64,000 nt of DNA from Heterodontus francisci (GCF_036365525.1 NC_090389.1:81866179-81930178), one strand, 5' to 3'. Counted from the first letter of the stretch, positions 37,879 through 49,003 are shown. The notes: generated by a model from the letters alone, not told the origin. Translations and numbers: made by a program.

Positions 37879-39495
37879 ATGCATTTCCTTCAAGTAAAAG
37901 GTGTCGCTATGGGTACCCGCATGGGTCCTAGTTATGCCTGTCTTTTTGTGGGACATGTCGAGCATTCTTTGTTCCAGTCCTACTCAGGCCCCCTCCCCCA
38001 ACTCTTTTTCCGGTACATTGATGACTGTATCGGTGCCGTTTCCTGCTCCCGCTACATCCGTGACTCTTCTGACGCCCTACGTCATTTTGACAATTTCCAG
38101 TTTCCTGGTCCCAAGCGCCTCCTCTTCACTATGGACGTCCAATCGCTCTACACCTCCATCCCCCACCAGGATGGTTTGAGGGCTCTCCGCTTCTTCCTGG
38201 AACAGAGGCCCAACCAGTCCCCATCCACCAACACCCTCCTCCGCCTGGCTAAACTTGTTCTCACATTGAACAACTTCTCCTTCAACTCCATGCATTTCCT
38301 TCAAGTAAAAGGTGTCGCTATGGGTACCCGCATGGGTCCTAGTTATGCCTGTCTTTTTGTGGGACATGTCGAGCATTCTTTGTTCCAGTCCTACTCAGGC
38401 CCCCTCCCCCAACTCTTTTTCCGGTACATTGATGACTGTATCGGTGCCGTTTCCTGCTCCCGCCCCGAACTAGAAAACTTTATCAACTTTGCTTCCAATT
38501 TCCACCCTTCTCTCACCTTTACATGGTCCATCTCTGACACTTCCCTTCCCTTCCTCGACTTCTCTGTCTCCATCTCTGGGGATAGGTTGTCTACCAATAT
38601 CCATTATAAGCCCACTGACTCCCACAGCTACCTCGACTACACTTCTTCACACCCTACCTCCTGTAAGGACTCCATTCCATTCTCCCAGTTTCTCCGTCTC
38701 CGACGCATCTGCTCTGATGATGCTACCTTCCATGACGGTGCTTCTGATATGACCTCCTTTTTCCTCAACCGAGGATTTCCCCGCACTGTGGTTGACAGGG
38801 CCCTCAACCGTGTCCGACCCATTCCCCGCACCTCTACCCTCACCCCTTCCCCTCCCTCCCAGAACCGTGACAGGGTTCCCCTTGTCCTCACTTTTCATCC
38901 CACCAGCCTCCATATCCAAAGGATCATCCTCCGCCATTTTCGCCACCTCCAGCGTGATGCCACTACCAGTCGCATCTTCCCCTCCCTTCCCCTGTCAGCA
39001 TTCCGAAGGGATCGTTCCCTCCGCGACACCCTGGTCCACTCCTCCATTACCCCCACCACCTCGTCCCCGTCCCAGGGCACCTTCCCTTGCAATCGCAGGA
39101 GGTGTAATACCTGCCCATTTACCTCCTCTCTCCTCACTATCCCAGGCCCCAAACACTCCTTTCAGGTGAAGCAGCGATTTACTTGTACTTCTTTCAATGT
39201 AGTATACTGTATTCGCTGCTCACAGTGTGGTCTCCTCTACATTGGGGAGACCAAGCGCAGACTGGGTGACCGCTTTGCGGAACATCTCCGCTCAGTCCGC
39301 AAGCAGGACCCTGAGCTTCCGGTTGCTTGCCATTTCAACACTCCCCCCTGCTCTCATGCTCACATCTCGGTCCTGGGATTGCTGCAGTGTTCCAGTGAAC
39401 ATCAACGCAAGCTCGAGGAACAGCATCTCATCTACCGATTAGGCACACTACAGCCTGCCGGACTGAACATTGAGTTCAATAATTTCAGAGCATGA
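37879..39495 (+). CDS. 5'-truncated, rearranged Penelope-like RT/GIY-YIG ORF (538 aa, uninterrupted)
   Basis: Open frame in the ORF track. The N-terminal 58 aa duplicate an internal RT segment; the native N-terminus is absent. Confidence 0.6.
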   Translation: MHFLQVKGVAMGTRMGPSYACLFVGHVEHSLFQSYSGPLPQLFFRYIDDCIGAVSCSRYIRDSSDALRHFDNFQFPGPKRLLFTMDVQSLYTSIPHQDGLRALRFFLEQRPNQSPSTNTLLRLAKLVLTLNNFSFNSMHFLQVKGVAMGTRMGPSYACLFVGHVEHSLFQSYSGPLPQLFFRYIDDCIGAVSCSRPELENFINFASNFHPSLTFTWSISDTSLPFLDFSVSISGDRLSTNIHYKPTDSHSYLDYTSSHPTSCKDSIPFSQFLRLRRICSDDATFHDGASDMTSFFLNRGFPRTVVDRALNRVRPIPRTSTLTPSPPSQNRDRVPLVLTFHPTSLHIQRIILRHFRHLQRDATTSRIFPSLPLSAFRRDRSLRDTLVHSSITPTTSSPSQGTFPCNRRRCNTCPFTSSLLTIPGPKHSFQVKQRFTCTSFNVVYCIRCSQCGLLYIGETKRRLGDRFAEHLRSVRKQDPELPVACHFNTPPCSHAHISVLGLLQCSSEHQRKLEEQHLIYRLGTLQPAGLNIEFNNFRA

Positions 39496-39871
39496 CAGCC
39501 CCCCACTTTCATTTTTAGTCATTTTTAGTTATTTTTTCTTCCTTTTTTTTTGCATTCCTTTTTACATTTTTTACAATCTTTTTTTGCATTTATTTCATTT
39601 CATCTTAGTTTGTTCAGTTTGCTTACCCACTGTTTTTTTCAGGTTGTTTTTCTTCAGGTTTGCACTTGCTGATGTTCAATATTCAGTATATTCACACCTA
39701 ATCTGTACTAATGCTTTGTCTTTCAACACACCATTAACATATTGTTTGCCTTTGCTCCATGACCTTTTGGTCAGCTATGTGGCCTGGTCCAATCTGCACC
39801 TTCTCCTTTGTTATCTCTTGCCCAACCCCCACCTCACTTGTTTATAATCTGTGACTTTTCTAATATTTGTC

Positions 39872-39908
39872 AGTTCCGAAGAAGGGTCACTGACCCGAAA
39901 CGTTAACT
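39872..39908 (+). ncRNA. Minimal type I hammerhead ribozyme motif in the PLE 3' region
   Basis: agtt-CCGAAGA-a-gggtc-act-gaccc-GAAAC-GTT-aact: stem I agtt/aact, stem II gggtc/gaccc, loopless palindromic stem III (ACGT). Confidence 0.7.
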
Positions 39909-41128
39909 CTGCTTCTCTTTCCACAGATGCTGCCAGACCTGCTGAGTGAATCCAGCATTTCTTGTTTTTGTTCCTAACTACCAGTCTTGTTCCATGACAA
40001 AGTCCTTGTTTAGGATTCAAGTTTTGTTGCAGCATCCTGTCCCTTCCTTGAGTCTAAGTTTGTGCGGTGGCACGCTCATTGGAGTTAGACTGTGTAGATA
40101 CTCTGGAGGGTAAAGACTATCATCTTCACCTATAGAATCAACACTGATATATTCTTTTAATTCACCCGACAGCTTTTCTAAAAGTTTTTCATTCAAATCT
40201 AATGAATTTTCATTTTTAGCACAAAGAATAGCTTTTGAATAATAAGTGTATCAAAGAATTGTCCCCGCCATTTTGTCACACTTAACTAATTCCATCATCT
40301 CATCCACCCATCCCATGCTATTCCCATCCCTTTCCTTCCATCTCTCCCATGCCATCCTCATCCTGCTCTTGCCAACCCATCCCTCACTGAAACAATGTCT
40401 CCAACCAGGGTAACTTTATTTTTGGGCTCCCCTTACATTCCACTGTTTTTGTTCAACAACTCCCCACCCCTGTTGCCACCACCAACTGTTGGCAGCTGCA
40501 CATGCACCACACACTCCAGTCCTCTGCACACCCCATTTGCCTCAGCGTGCGCGAGGCACTGCCCACCATATAAACCCACCAATAGACGTGCCCCTTAAAC
40601 TCACCAATCAAAACAGTCCAGACAGAAACTGATTATTATTGATTACAGACGCAGCTGTTTGAGGAAGCTAAACCTGTGGTATGCATTTGATAAAGCAATC
40701 CTCAACACTGCACTCGAGCAGGACTTGCTTCGACTGGCAGACAAGTTTCCCTATTTGCTCATGTGTTCAATTCCACATTTTACAGCTGAAGTTAGTTGCA
40801 TTTCATTCTGCAGAATCCGTAATGGCTTAGTGGGTTACACATCACATGATGTGTTGCGTGAGCTGCACAGCCTGGGAAAGTTCCGACTTTGGTCTGTGTC
40901 CAGAGTTGGTTAATCTCATTGGAGTCAGCAGTACAGTCGAGGTAGAAATTCAGAGTGATGGTGCTGAACTGGTAGTATCACATCATTACACATCCACCTG
41001 TTATACCCACCCGATGCTCAGCTCCATTACAGTCAATCAATTTCAATATCAGGCGGCAGGTGCACTACTGCCATTTCGCACTGCCGCTCAGGTTGAATTT
41101 CCACCCTTTGCAGGGCGTGAGAGTCTCC

Positions 41129-42064
41129 TGTGAAGTCTCACTTAAGTTCGGGACCGTACTCTGGACGTAACAAGAATGAGTGACTCAACACCAAATAATA
41201 TGTTAAAACAGTAATTTTATTGAGTAATTATTAAACAATTATTAACGATAGAAACAGAAAAGAAAGATAACTTTATTAAAAAGAAAGAAAGGAAGAGTAT
41301 AGAAAGACAAAACAAACTTATAGCACAACTGTTATAGCCCCAAATTAGTCTGTTCACGACAGCTCCCTAAAATGGTACTGTTCCCCCTTGGTACATACAT
41401 CACTAAGTCTCCGGAGAATCTTGCACGGGGGTGGACTCTCCAGTCAGTCACTTCACAACATACCTTCCTCCGTAGTCTTCAGTGGTTGACTAGTCCACTC
41501 CGGCTGCAGCCCCGAACGTTGGATGCTGTGCTCCTTCAAGTCCAATTTCTGGCTCCATTCCAGCTTTCCGAGGTTTCCATCCAGACTTTCTCAAAACAAG
41601 AGTCTGATAACCATGAGTCCTTATCAAATGCTTCTCACAGGCAGTACGAGGCTGCCTAGGCTGTTTACACATCCATTTGATGGTGTCTCTCACCTGCCAT
41701 CAATTAGGTTAGACTGTCCATCAATTAAACTCCATCTTCTGATCCCACACCATAGGGAACCATCCCATGTGCAAGGTTGTCCATTGTCCTGGCTTGTACC
41801 TCAAGGGTCATCGAATACAGTAAGAACTGACTTCTGTTTAAACACCAGGGAAACAACTGTCATTTTCAGGAAGAGAAAATCGGTAGTTTAGACAAAACAA
41901 CAGCTGTGCATGGCCTGGCCTGACCAGCATGAAAACAAAAGGAAAAAGTTCATAGTTAATACTGATTGCCATTGATTACACAATTGATTAATTACTTGAC
42001 TTAATCAGACAACAATCACACATAGTTTTCTATCAATGTCTAAAAAGTAACATAAGTCACTACA
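41129..42064 (-). mobile_element. Possible solo LTR
   Basis: Bounded by tgtgaag...cactaca (TG..CA), with tttatt (reverse AATAAA) near 41217. No TSD found. Confidence 0.35.
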
Positions 42065-42544
42065 GGTTTAATACAGTTTTTAAGAAAAAAAATCAAAAGC
42101 AAAGTAAAAGCAAGGCAGAAGTAAAATGCAAAAACATGGAAGTACAAAAAGTCATGGCTGCAGGCCTCAGGCCTAGACCATTAGTCTCAATGTGTCTGCT
42201 CTCAGAAGGGACTCCTGCTTTTTTTGGAAGCAAGAAGACTGCAAGGTCAGGCAAGTTTATCAAAGTGGAACTGTAAGGCTGGCACTGAGGCAAGGAGGTT
42301 AAAAATGCTACAGGACAACTGGAAGTTATTGGGGGTGATTATTAGCTGCTCATTCACCTGAAAAATGGACAATCAGCCGAGCAAAGTCCAGCAGGGAGAA
42401 AGTCACTTGCTCTTCAGTCACTTAAGTGTGCCTGATGCAATTTCTATTCAGGTCTTTAAATAAGCACAGCCCACACCCCTGTATTCCACTCTTGCAAATG
42501 CATTTCAGAGTCCTATATCCTTGTAATAACCTAATTGCAACTTT

Positions 42545-45500
42545 AGAGTCATAGAATTATACAGCACAGAACCAGGCCCTTCGGCCCATCGTGTCTGTGA
42601 CGGTCATCAAGCCCCTATCTATTCTAATCCCATTTTCCAGCACTTGGCCCATAGCCCTTGTATGTAATGGCATTTCAAGTGCTCATCTAGATACTTCTTA
42701 AATGTTGTGAGGATTCCTGCCTCCACCACCTCTTCAGGCAGTGCGTTCCAGATTCCAACCACCTTATGGGTGAAAACATTTTTTCCTCTAAACCTCCTGC
42801 TCTTTACCTTAAATCTATGCCCCCTGGTTATTGACCCCTCTGCTAAGGGAAAAAGTTTCTTCCTTTCTACCCTATCTATGACCCTCATAATTTTGTATAC
42901 CTCAATCAGGTCTCCCCTCAGCCTTCTCTGCTCTAAGGAAAACAAGCCTAGCTTATCCAGTATCTCTTCATAGCTGAAATGCTCCAGCCCAGGAAACATC
43001 CTAGTGAATCTCCTCTGCATCCTCTCCAATGCAATCACATCCTTCCTATAGTGTGGCGACCAGAACTGTACACAGTACTCCAGCTGTGGCCTAACTAGCA
43101 TTTTATACAGCTCCATCACAACCTCCCTGCTCTTATATTCTATGCCTTAGCTAATAAAGGCAAGTATCCCATATGCCCTTCTAAACATCTTATCTACCTG
43201 TGCTGCTGCCTTCAGTGATCTATGGACAAGTACACCAAGGTCCCTCTGACACTCTTTAGAAGCTTTAGAACATTACAGCACAGTACAGGCCCTTTGGCCC
43301 TCGATGTTGCGCCGACCTGTGAAACCATCTGACCTACACTGTTCCATTTTCATCCATATGTCTATCCAATGACCACTTAAATGCCCTTAAAGTTGGCGAG
43401 TCTACTACTGTTGCAGGCAGGGCGTTCCACGCCCCTACTACTCTCTGAGTAAAGAAACTACCTCTAACATCTGTCCTATATCTATCTCCCCTCAACTTAA
43501 AGCTATGTCCCCTCGTGTTTGCCATCACCATCCGAGGAAAAAGACTCACTATCCACCCTATCTAACCCTCTGATTATCTTATATGTCTCTATTAAGTCAC
43601 CTCTCCTCCTCCTTCTCTCCAACGAAAGCAACCTCAAGTCCCTCAGCCTTTCCTCGTAAGACCTTCCCTCCATACCAGGCAAAATCCTAGTAAATCTCCT
43701 CTGCACCCTTTCCAAAGCTTCCACATCCTTCCTATAATGCGGTGACCAGAACTGCACGCAATACTCCAGGTGCGGCCTCACCAGAGTTTTGTACAGCTGC
43801 AGCATGACCTCGTGGCTCCGAAACTCGATCCCCCTACTAATAAAAGCTAACACACCATATGCCTTCTTAACAGTCCTATTAACCTGGGTAGCAACTTTCA
43901 GGGGTTTATGTACCTGGACACCAAGATCTCTCTGCTCATCTACACTACCAAGAATCTTCCCATTAGCCCAGTACTCTGCATTCCTGTTACTCCTTCCAAA
44001 GTGAATCACCTCACACTTTTCCACATTAAACTCCATTTGCCATCTCTCAGCCCAGCTCTGCAGCCTATCTATGTCCCTCTGTACCCTACAACATCCTTCG
44101 GCACTATCCACAACTCCACCGACCTTCGTGTCATCCGCAAATTTACTAACCCACCCTTCTACACCCTCATCCAGGTCATTTATAAAAATGACAAACAGCA
44201 GTGGCCCCAAAACAGATCCTTGCGGTACACCACTAGTAACTAAACTCCAGGATGAACATTTGCCATCAACCACCACCCTCTGTCTTCTTTCAGCTAGCCA
44301 ATTTCTGATCCAAAGCTCTAAATCACCTTCAACCCCATACTTCCGTATTTTCTGCAATAGCCTACCGTGGGGAACTCTGTACTCCCTAGAGTCCTACCAC
44401 CCATTGTACATTCCCTTGCCTTGTTAGTCCTCCCAAAATGCATCACCTCACACTTCTCAGGATTAAATTCCATTTGCCGCTGCTCTGCCCATCTTACCAG
44501 CCCATCTATATCGTCCCGTAATCTAAGGCTTTCCTCCACACTATTTACGGCACCACTAATTTTCATGTCATCTGTGAACTTACTGATCATCCCTCCTATA
44601 TTCTCGTCTAAATCATTAATGTACACTACAATCAGCAAGGGTCCCAGCACCGATCCTTGTGGTACACCACTGGTCACAGGCTTCTGATCGCAAAATCAAC
44701 CCTCAACCATTACCCTCTGTTTGCTGCCGCTAAGCCAATTTTGGATCCAATTTGCCAAATTGCCCTGGATCCCATGGGCTCTTACCTTCTTGACCAATCT
44801 CCCTTGCAGGACCTTATCAAAAGCCTTACTGAAGTCCATGTAGACTACATCAACTGCTTTACCCTCATCTACACATCCAGTCACCTCCTCAAAAAATTCA
44901 ATCAAGTTTGTTAAACATGATCTCCCCCTGACAAAGCCATGCTGATGATCCCTGATTAATCCCTGCCTCTCCAAGTGGAGATTAATCCTGTCCCTCAGAA
45001 TTTTTTCCAATAGTTTCCCCACTACTGATGTTAGACTCACCAGCCTGTAATTACCTGGTTTATCCCTGCTACCCTTCTTGAGTAAGGGTACCACATTCGC
45101 TGTCCTCCAGTCCTCTGGCACCTCTCCTGTGGCCAGAGAAGATTTGAAAATTTGTATCAGAGCCCCTGCTATCTCCTCCCTTGCCTCACATAACAGCCTG
45201 GGACACATCTCATCTGGGCCTGGGGACTTATCCACTTTTGAGCCTGCTAAAACAACTAATACCTCCTCCCTTTCAATGCTAAAATGTTCAAGTATATCAC
45301 AATCCCCCTCCCTGATCTCTACACGTACATCGCCCTTCTCCAAAGTGAACACAGATGAAAAGTAATCATTTAAAACCTCATCTACGTCCTCTGGCTCCAC
45401 ACACAGATTGCCACTTTGGTCCCGAATGGGCCCTACTCTTTCTCTGGTTATCCTCTTGTTCTTAATATACTTATAAAACGTCTTGGGATTTTCCTTTATC

Positions 45501-45880
45501 TTGCCCGCCAGTATTTTTTCATACCTCTCTTCACTCTCCTAATTACTTTTTTAAGTACCCCCCCCCGCACCCCGACCCCGACACTTTCTATACTCCTCTA
45601 GGACCTCTGCTGTTTTCAGTCCCCTGAATCTGCCATCTGTCTCCTTTTTTTTTTGTTGTCCAATCCTCTCTATCCCTTGACATCCAGGGTTCCCTGGACT
45701 TATTGTCTTACCCTTCACCTTTACGGGAACATGTTGGCCCTGAACTCTCATTATTTCCTTTTTGAATGACTCCCACTGGTCTGATGTAGACTTTCCTCGA
45801 AATAACTGCTCCCAGTCCACTTTGGCCAGATCCTGTTTTATTATATTGAAATTGGCCTTCCCCCAATTCAGTACCTTTAC
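42545..45880 (-). mobile_element. CR1 LINE (5'-truncated, decayed ORF2) hosting a second CR1
   Basis: ORF pieces 45922-45551, 45400-44696, 44677-44380 and 43119-42619 are colinear once 43256-44373 is removed. Confidence 0.92.
43256..44373 (-). mobile_element. Younger CR1 3' fragment nested in a CR1
   Basis: Near-identical to 54780-55893; TSD actct at 43251-43255 and 44374-44378. Confidence 0.92.
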
Positions 45881-46559
45881 AATACAAATGGATGACGTAT
45901 GTGCCACATGCAAAAAAGCCACAAAATTTGTTGTTTATTTTTTGGGAGCCAGGCACAACAGGGGTGCTTCCAAATCGATACTGCAGCCCAATCGAGATCC
46001 ATGCTCAACCCTCACCCCCTCCCCCGCCCAGGTCACACCACTCAGCCCGACCTGCTGATCAGCTCAACATTCAAGCCAATCAACTTCCCACCCTTCCAGA
46101 ACTGGTTAGCTGCATCAGAACACCCATTTGGGGCCCACAGTTCACCAACTACATTCAAATGAATTGTGAACCTGAAAAATGGTTCCGGTATTTTGACTCT
46201 AGTTTCAGGCGGTGGTGGGGGTAGGGGTGGCTGTGACTGTGCGGCCAATTTCACGCCTATTTTGGGTGTAACTCTAAAATCCTCCCCACTCATCTAAGTC
46301 AAGTAAGACGACCTACTGATATGGGCAAACATGGCATTTTCTTTACGATTATTACGTGAAGATAAATTGTGTGGATTGAAAGGAGTGAGTCCAGTCATAA
46401 CGGCCATTCTGTATGTTTACCTTCCTGCAAAATAAAGCAGCTTAACAATTTTTATCTGGCCCCACTTCACCAAGTCAGTCAATCTTTTGGAGAGATTGGC
46501 AAAGTGTGAAAGGCCCAGATCTCCAGTCCAGGTCACAAGGCAGTGTAAATGTAAATTGC

Positions 46560-47640
46560 CAGCGGGTGTGGCAGCACCTGTAGAAAGAGAAACAGAGTTA
46601 ACATTTCAGGTCGATGGTCTTTCATCAGAACTGGCAAAGTTTTGAAATGTGATAGGATTTTGAGCAAGTGAAAGTGGGAAGGGGGGGGGAGAAAAGAACA
46701 AAAGGGAAGGTCTGTGATAGGGTAGAGGACGGGAGAGATTAAATGACAAAGATGTCATGAACCAAAAGGCAAAGAGAGTGCTAATAGTTGCAGTAAAAGA
46801 CAAAGCATTTTCCAGAGAGTGTTAATGGCAGAATAATGAACTTCTCTGTCTGAAAGGGAAAACATCAAAAACAAGTTTAAGACCGAGTCATGATCTGAAG
46901 TTGTTGAACTCAATGCTGAGTCCAGAAGGCTGTAAAGTGCCTAATCAGAAGATGAGGTGCTGCTCCTCGAGCTTCACTGGAACACTGCAGCAGGCAGAGG
47001 ACAGAAATATGGGCGTGAGAGCAAAATGGCAAGCAACTGGAAGTTCGGGGTCATGCTTGCGGACTGAGCGGAGGTGTTCTGCAAAGCGGTCACTCAATAT
47101 GCGTTTGGTCTCCCCAGTGTAGAGGCGGCCGCAATGAGAGCAGAGAGTACAGTACACTAAATTAAAAGAAATACAAGTAAATTGCTGCTTCACCTGGAAG
47201 GAGTGTTTGGGGCCTTCGATGATGAAGAGCAAGGTGGTAAAAGGGAAGGTGTTGCACCTCCTGTGATTGCATGGGAAGGTGCTGTGGGAAGGGACAAGGG
47301 GTTAGGGGTGGTGGAGTAGACCAGAGTGTCGTAAAGGGAATGGTCCCTTTGGAATGCTACAGGGGGTAGGAGGGGAAGAAGCGTTTGGTGGTGGCATCAC
47401 GCTGCAGGTGGCGGAAATTGCAGAGGATGATCCTTTGGATGTTGAGGCTTTTAATTTAGTATACTGTATTCATTGCTCACTGTGCGGTCTCCTCTACAAT
47501 GAGGAGACCAAACACAGATTGGGTGATTGCTTTGTGGAACACCTCTGCTCAGTCCGGAAGCATGGCCCCGAGCTTCCAGGTGCTTGCCATTTTAATTCAC
47601 CACTTTGCTCTCATGCCCACATTTCTGTTATTGGCCTCTT
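46560..47640. mobile_element. Older Penelope-like element with an inversion (minus arm 46560-47445, plus arm 47447-47640)
   Basis: GPKHSFQVKQQFTCISFNLVYC..YTGETKR on the minus strand and FNLVYCIHCSLCGLLYNEETKH on the plus strand. Hammerhead-like CTGATGA...GAAA at 46595-46632 (-). Confidence 0.85.
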
Positions 47641-47644
47641 CCAC

Positions 47645-48380
47645 ATGAGGGGCAGGTGGCGATTGAAGGGTCAGGGAGATGAGTAGCTTGGAGGTTTGTT
47701 TGCTCCCTCCGATGCCTCAACTTCACCTCCGCATGTTCCAGATAAAGTCCTTCGAGGTATATGATGCCTTCCTGGATGAGCTTTCTCCATCTAGGATAGT
47801 CACGAGCCAGGGACTGCCACGGGTTGCTGGGAATGTTTGGTAGCTTCAGGGGCCCTTTGAGGAAATCTCAAAAGCGTTTCTACTGTCCTCCTGGGAGTCT
47901 CCTGCTGCAACCTAGCTCTGAGTAGAAGAGCCACTTTGGGAGTCCGGTGTCAGGCACGCGAGTGACGTGTCCCGCCCAGCGAAGCTGGTTTTGGGTGATT
48001 AGTGCCCTGATGCTGGGCAGGTTGGCTTGGGAGAGGGCGCTGCTGTTGGACCACCTTTCTTGCCACTGGATTTGGAGGATCTTGCGGAGGCACCTCTGGT
48101 GGTACTTCTCCAGGGCTTTGAGGTGCCTGCTGTAGGTTGTCGAAGTCTCCGAAGCATATAGGAGCACGGGGACCATTGCTGCCTAGTAAACCATGATCTT
48201 AGTCTCAGGCTTAAGATCCTGATCCTCAAATACTCTCTTCCTCAGTCAGCTGAAGGTTGAGTTGTTACATTGGAGGCAATGATGAACCTAGTTGTCTATG
48301 TCTGCTTTTGCTGAGAGGGGGCTCCCAAGATATAGAAAATGGTCCAGATTTTCCAGGATCAGATCATTAATCTTAATTGA
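47645..48380 (-). mobile_element. RTE-clade LINE fragment of a second, older family
   Basis: VPVLLYASET...LEKYHQRCLRKILQIQWQ...QLRWAGHVTR...LPKWLFYSEL. Confidence 0.85.
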
Positions 48381-48681
48381 CATGGGGGGGGGGGGGGTGT
48401 GTTTTGTGTTTGGAACTGTAAAATGCTGCTAACCTGCCCTAAATAGAAAAGATTTTCCAGTCAGTGCTGTCTTGAATAGAATGGTTAACAAGCTGACACT
48501 AAATTTCTGTTTATTTTAAACTCTAATGTTACTTTAATATGTTACAGTATGGTGATTCATATGAAGCCTTTTTAAAATGTTTCCAATGGCTTAAGGCTCT
48601 ATATGAATGCATGCATTTCTTTATGTTTGGCTGTATAAGTTAAAGTGAAATATGTAGAAGAGTCCAAAACCAGGGGCATAA

Positions 48682-49003
48682 ATTAGAATTAGAATTAGAA
48701 CATTACAGCGCAGTACAGGCCCTTCGGCCCTCGATGTTGCGCCGACCTGTGAAACCATCTGACCTACACTATTCCATTTTCATCCATATGTCCATCCAAT
48801 GACCACTTAAATGCCCTTAAAGTTGGCGAGTCTACTACTGTTGCAGGCAGGGCGTTCCACGCCCTTACTACTCTCTGAGTAAAGAAACTACCTCTGACAT
48901 CTGTCCTATATCTATCACCCCTCAACTTAAAGCTATGTCCCCTCGTGTTTGCCATCACCATCCGAGGAAAAAGACTCTCACTATCCACCCTATCTAACCC
49001 TCT
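48682..49003 (-). mobile_element. Short young CR1 3' end nested in an older plus-strand CR1 fragment (about 48640-49265)
   Basis: (ttctaa)n tail; near-identical to 54760-55090; aaat on both flanks. Confidence 0.88.

Larger units (their letters stand above)
36573..39970. mobile_element. Young Penelope-like retroelement insertion (Neptune-like, RT plus GIY-YIG) with an inverted 3' copy
   Basis: ORF 37879-39495: GVAMGTRMGPSYA, RYIDD, YKPTDSHSYL, CNRRRCNTC linker, VVYCIRC..CGLLYIGET..RFAEH. 36611-37840 is the reverse complement of 38746-39970. TSD ttcctaactaccag at 36559-36572 and 39971-39984. Confidence 0.95.
33892..40250 (-). mobile_element. Decayed Helitron (PIF1-family helicase C-terminus) split into three pieces by nested insertions
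   Basis: 40250-39971: AILCAKNENSLDLNEKLLEKLSGELKEYISVDS...YPPEYLHSLTPMSVPPHKLRLKEG/MLQQNLNPKQGLCHGTRLVVR. 36572-36501: LVVRKLFSSMIDAEIITGRFQGN. 34180-33910: RKQFPIRLSYSMTINKSQGKTF/PVFTHGQLYVAFS...TRNPIFKEV. Confidence 0.88.

Noticed and set aside
37879-39495. 538-aa ORF as an intact autonomous element or a domesticated gene
   Set aside because: The native N-terminal region and promoter are missing, and the start comes from a duplicated internal piece. Openness is explained by recent insertion.
36611-39970. Large inverted repeat as a pure assembly artefact
   Set aside because: The arms differ at several positions and end at different points, and a 14-bp TSD flanks them whose removal restores the Helitron reading frame. 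A read-level check is still advisable.
33910-40250. Cellular PIF1 gene exons
   Set aside because: Frameshifts, a stop codon and no splice signals; the breaks coincide with TE boundaries and the motifs are Helitron-like.
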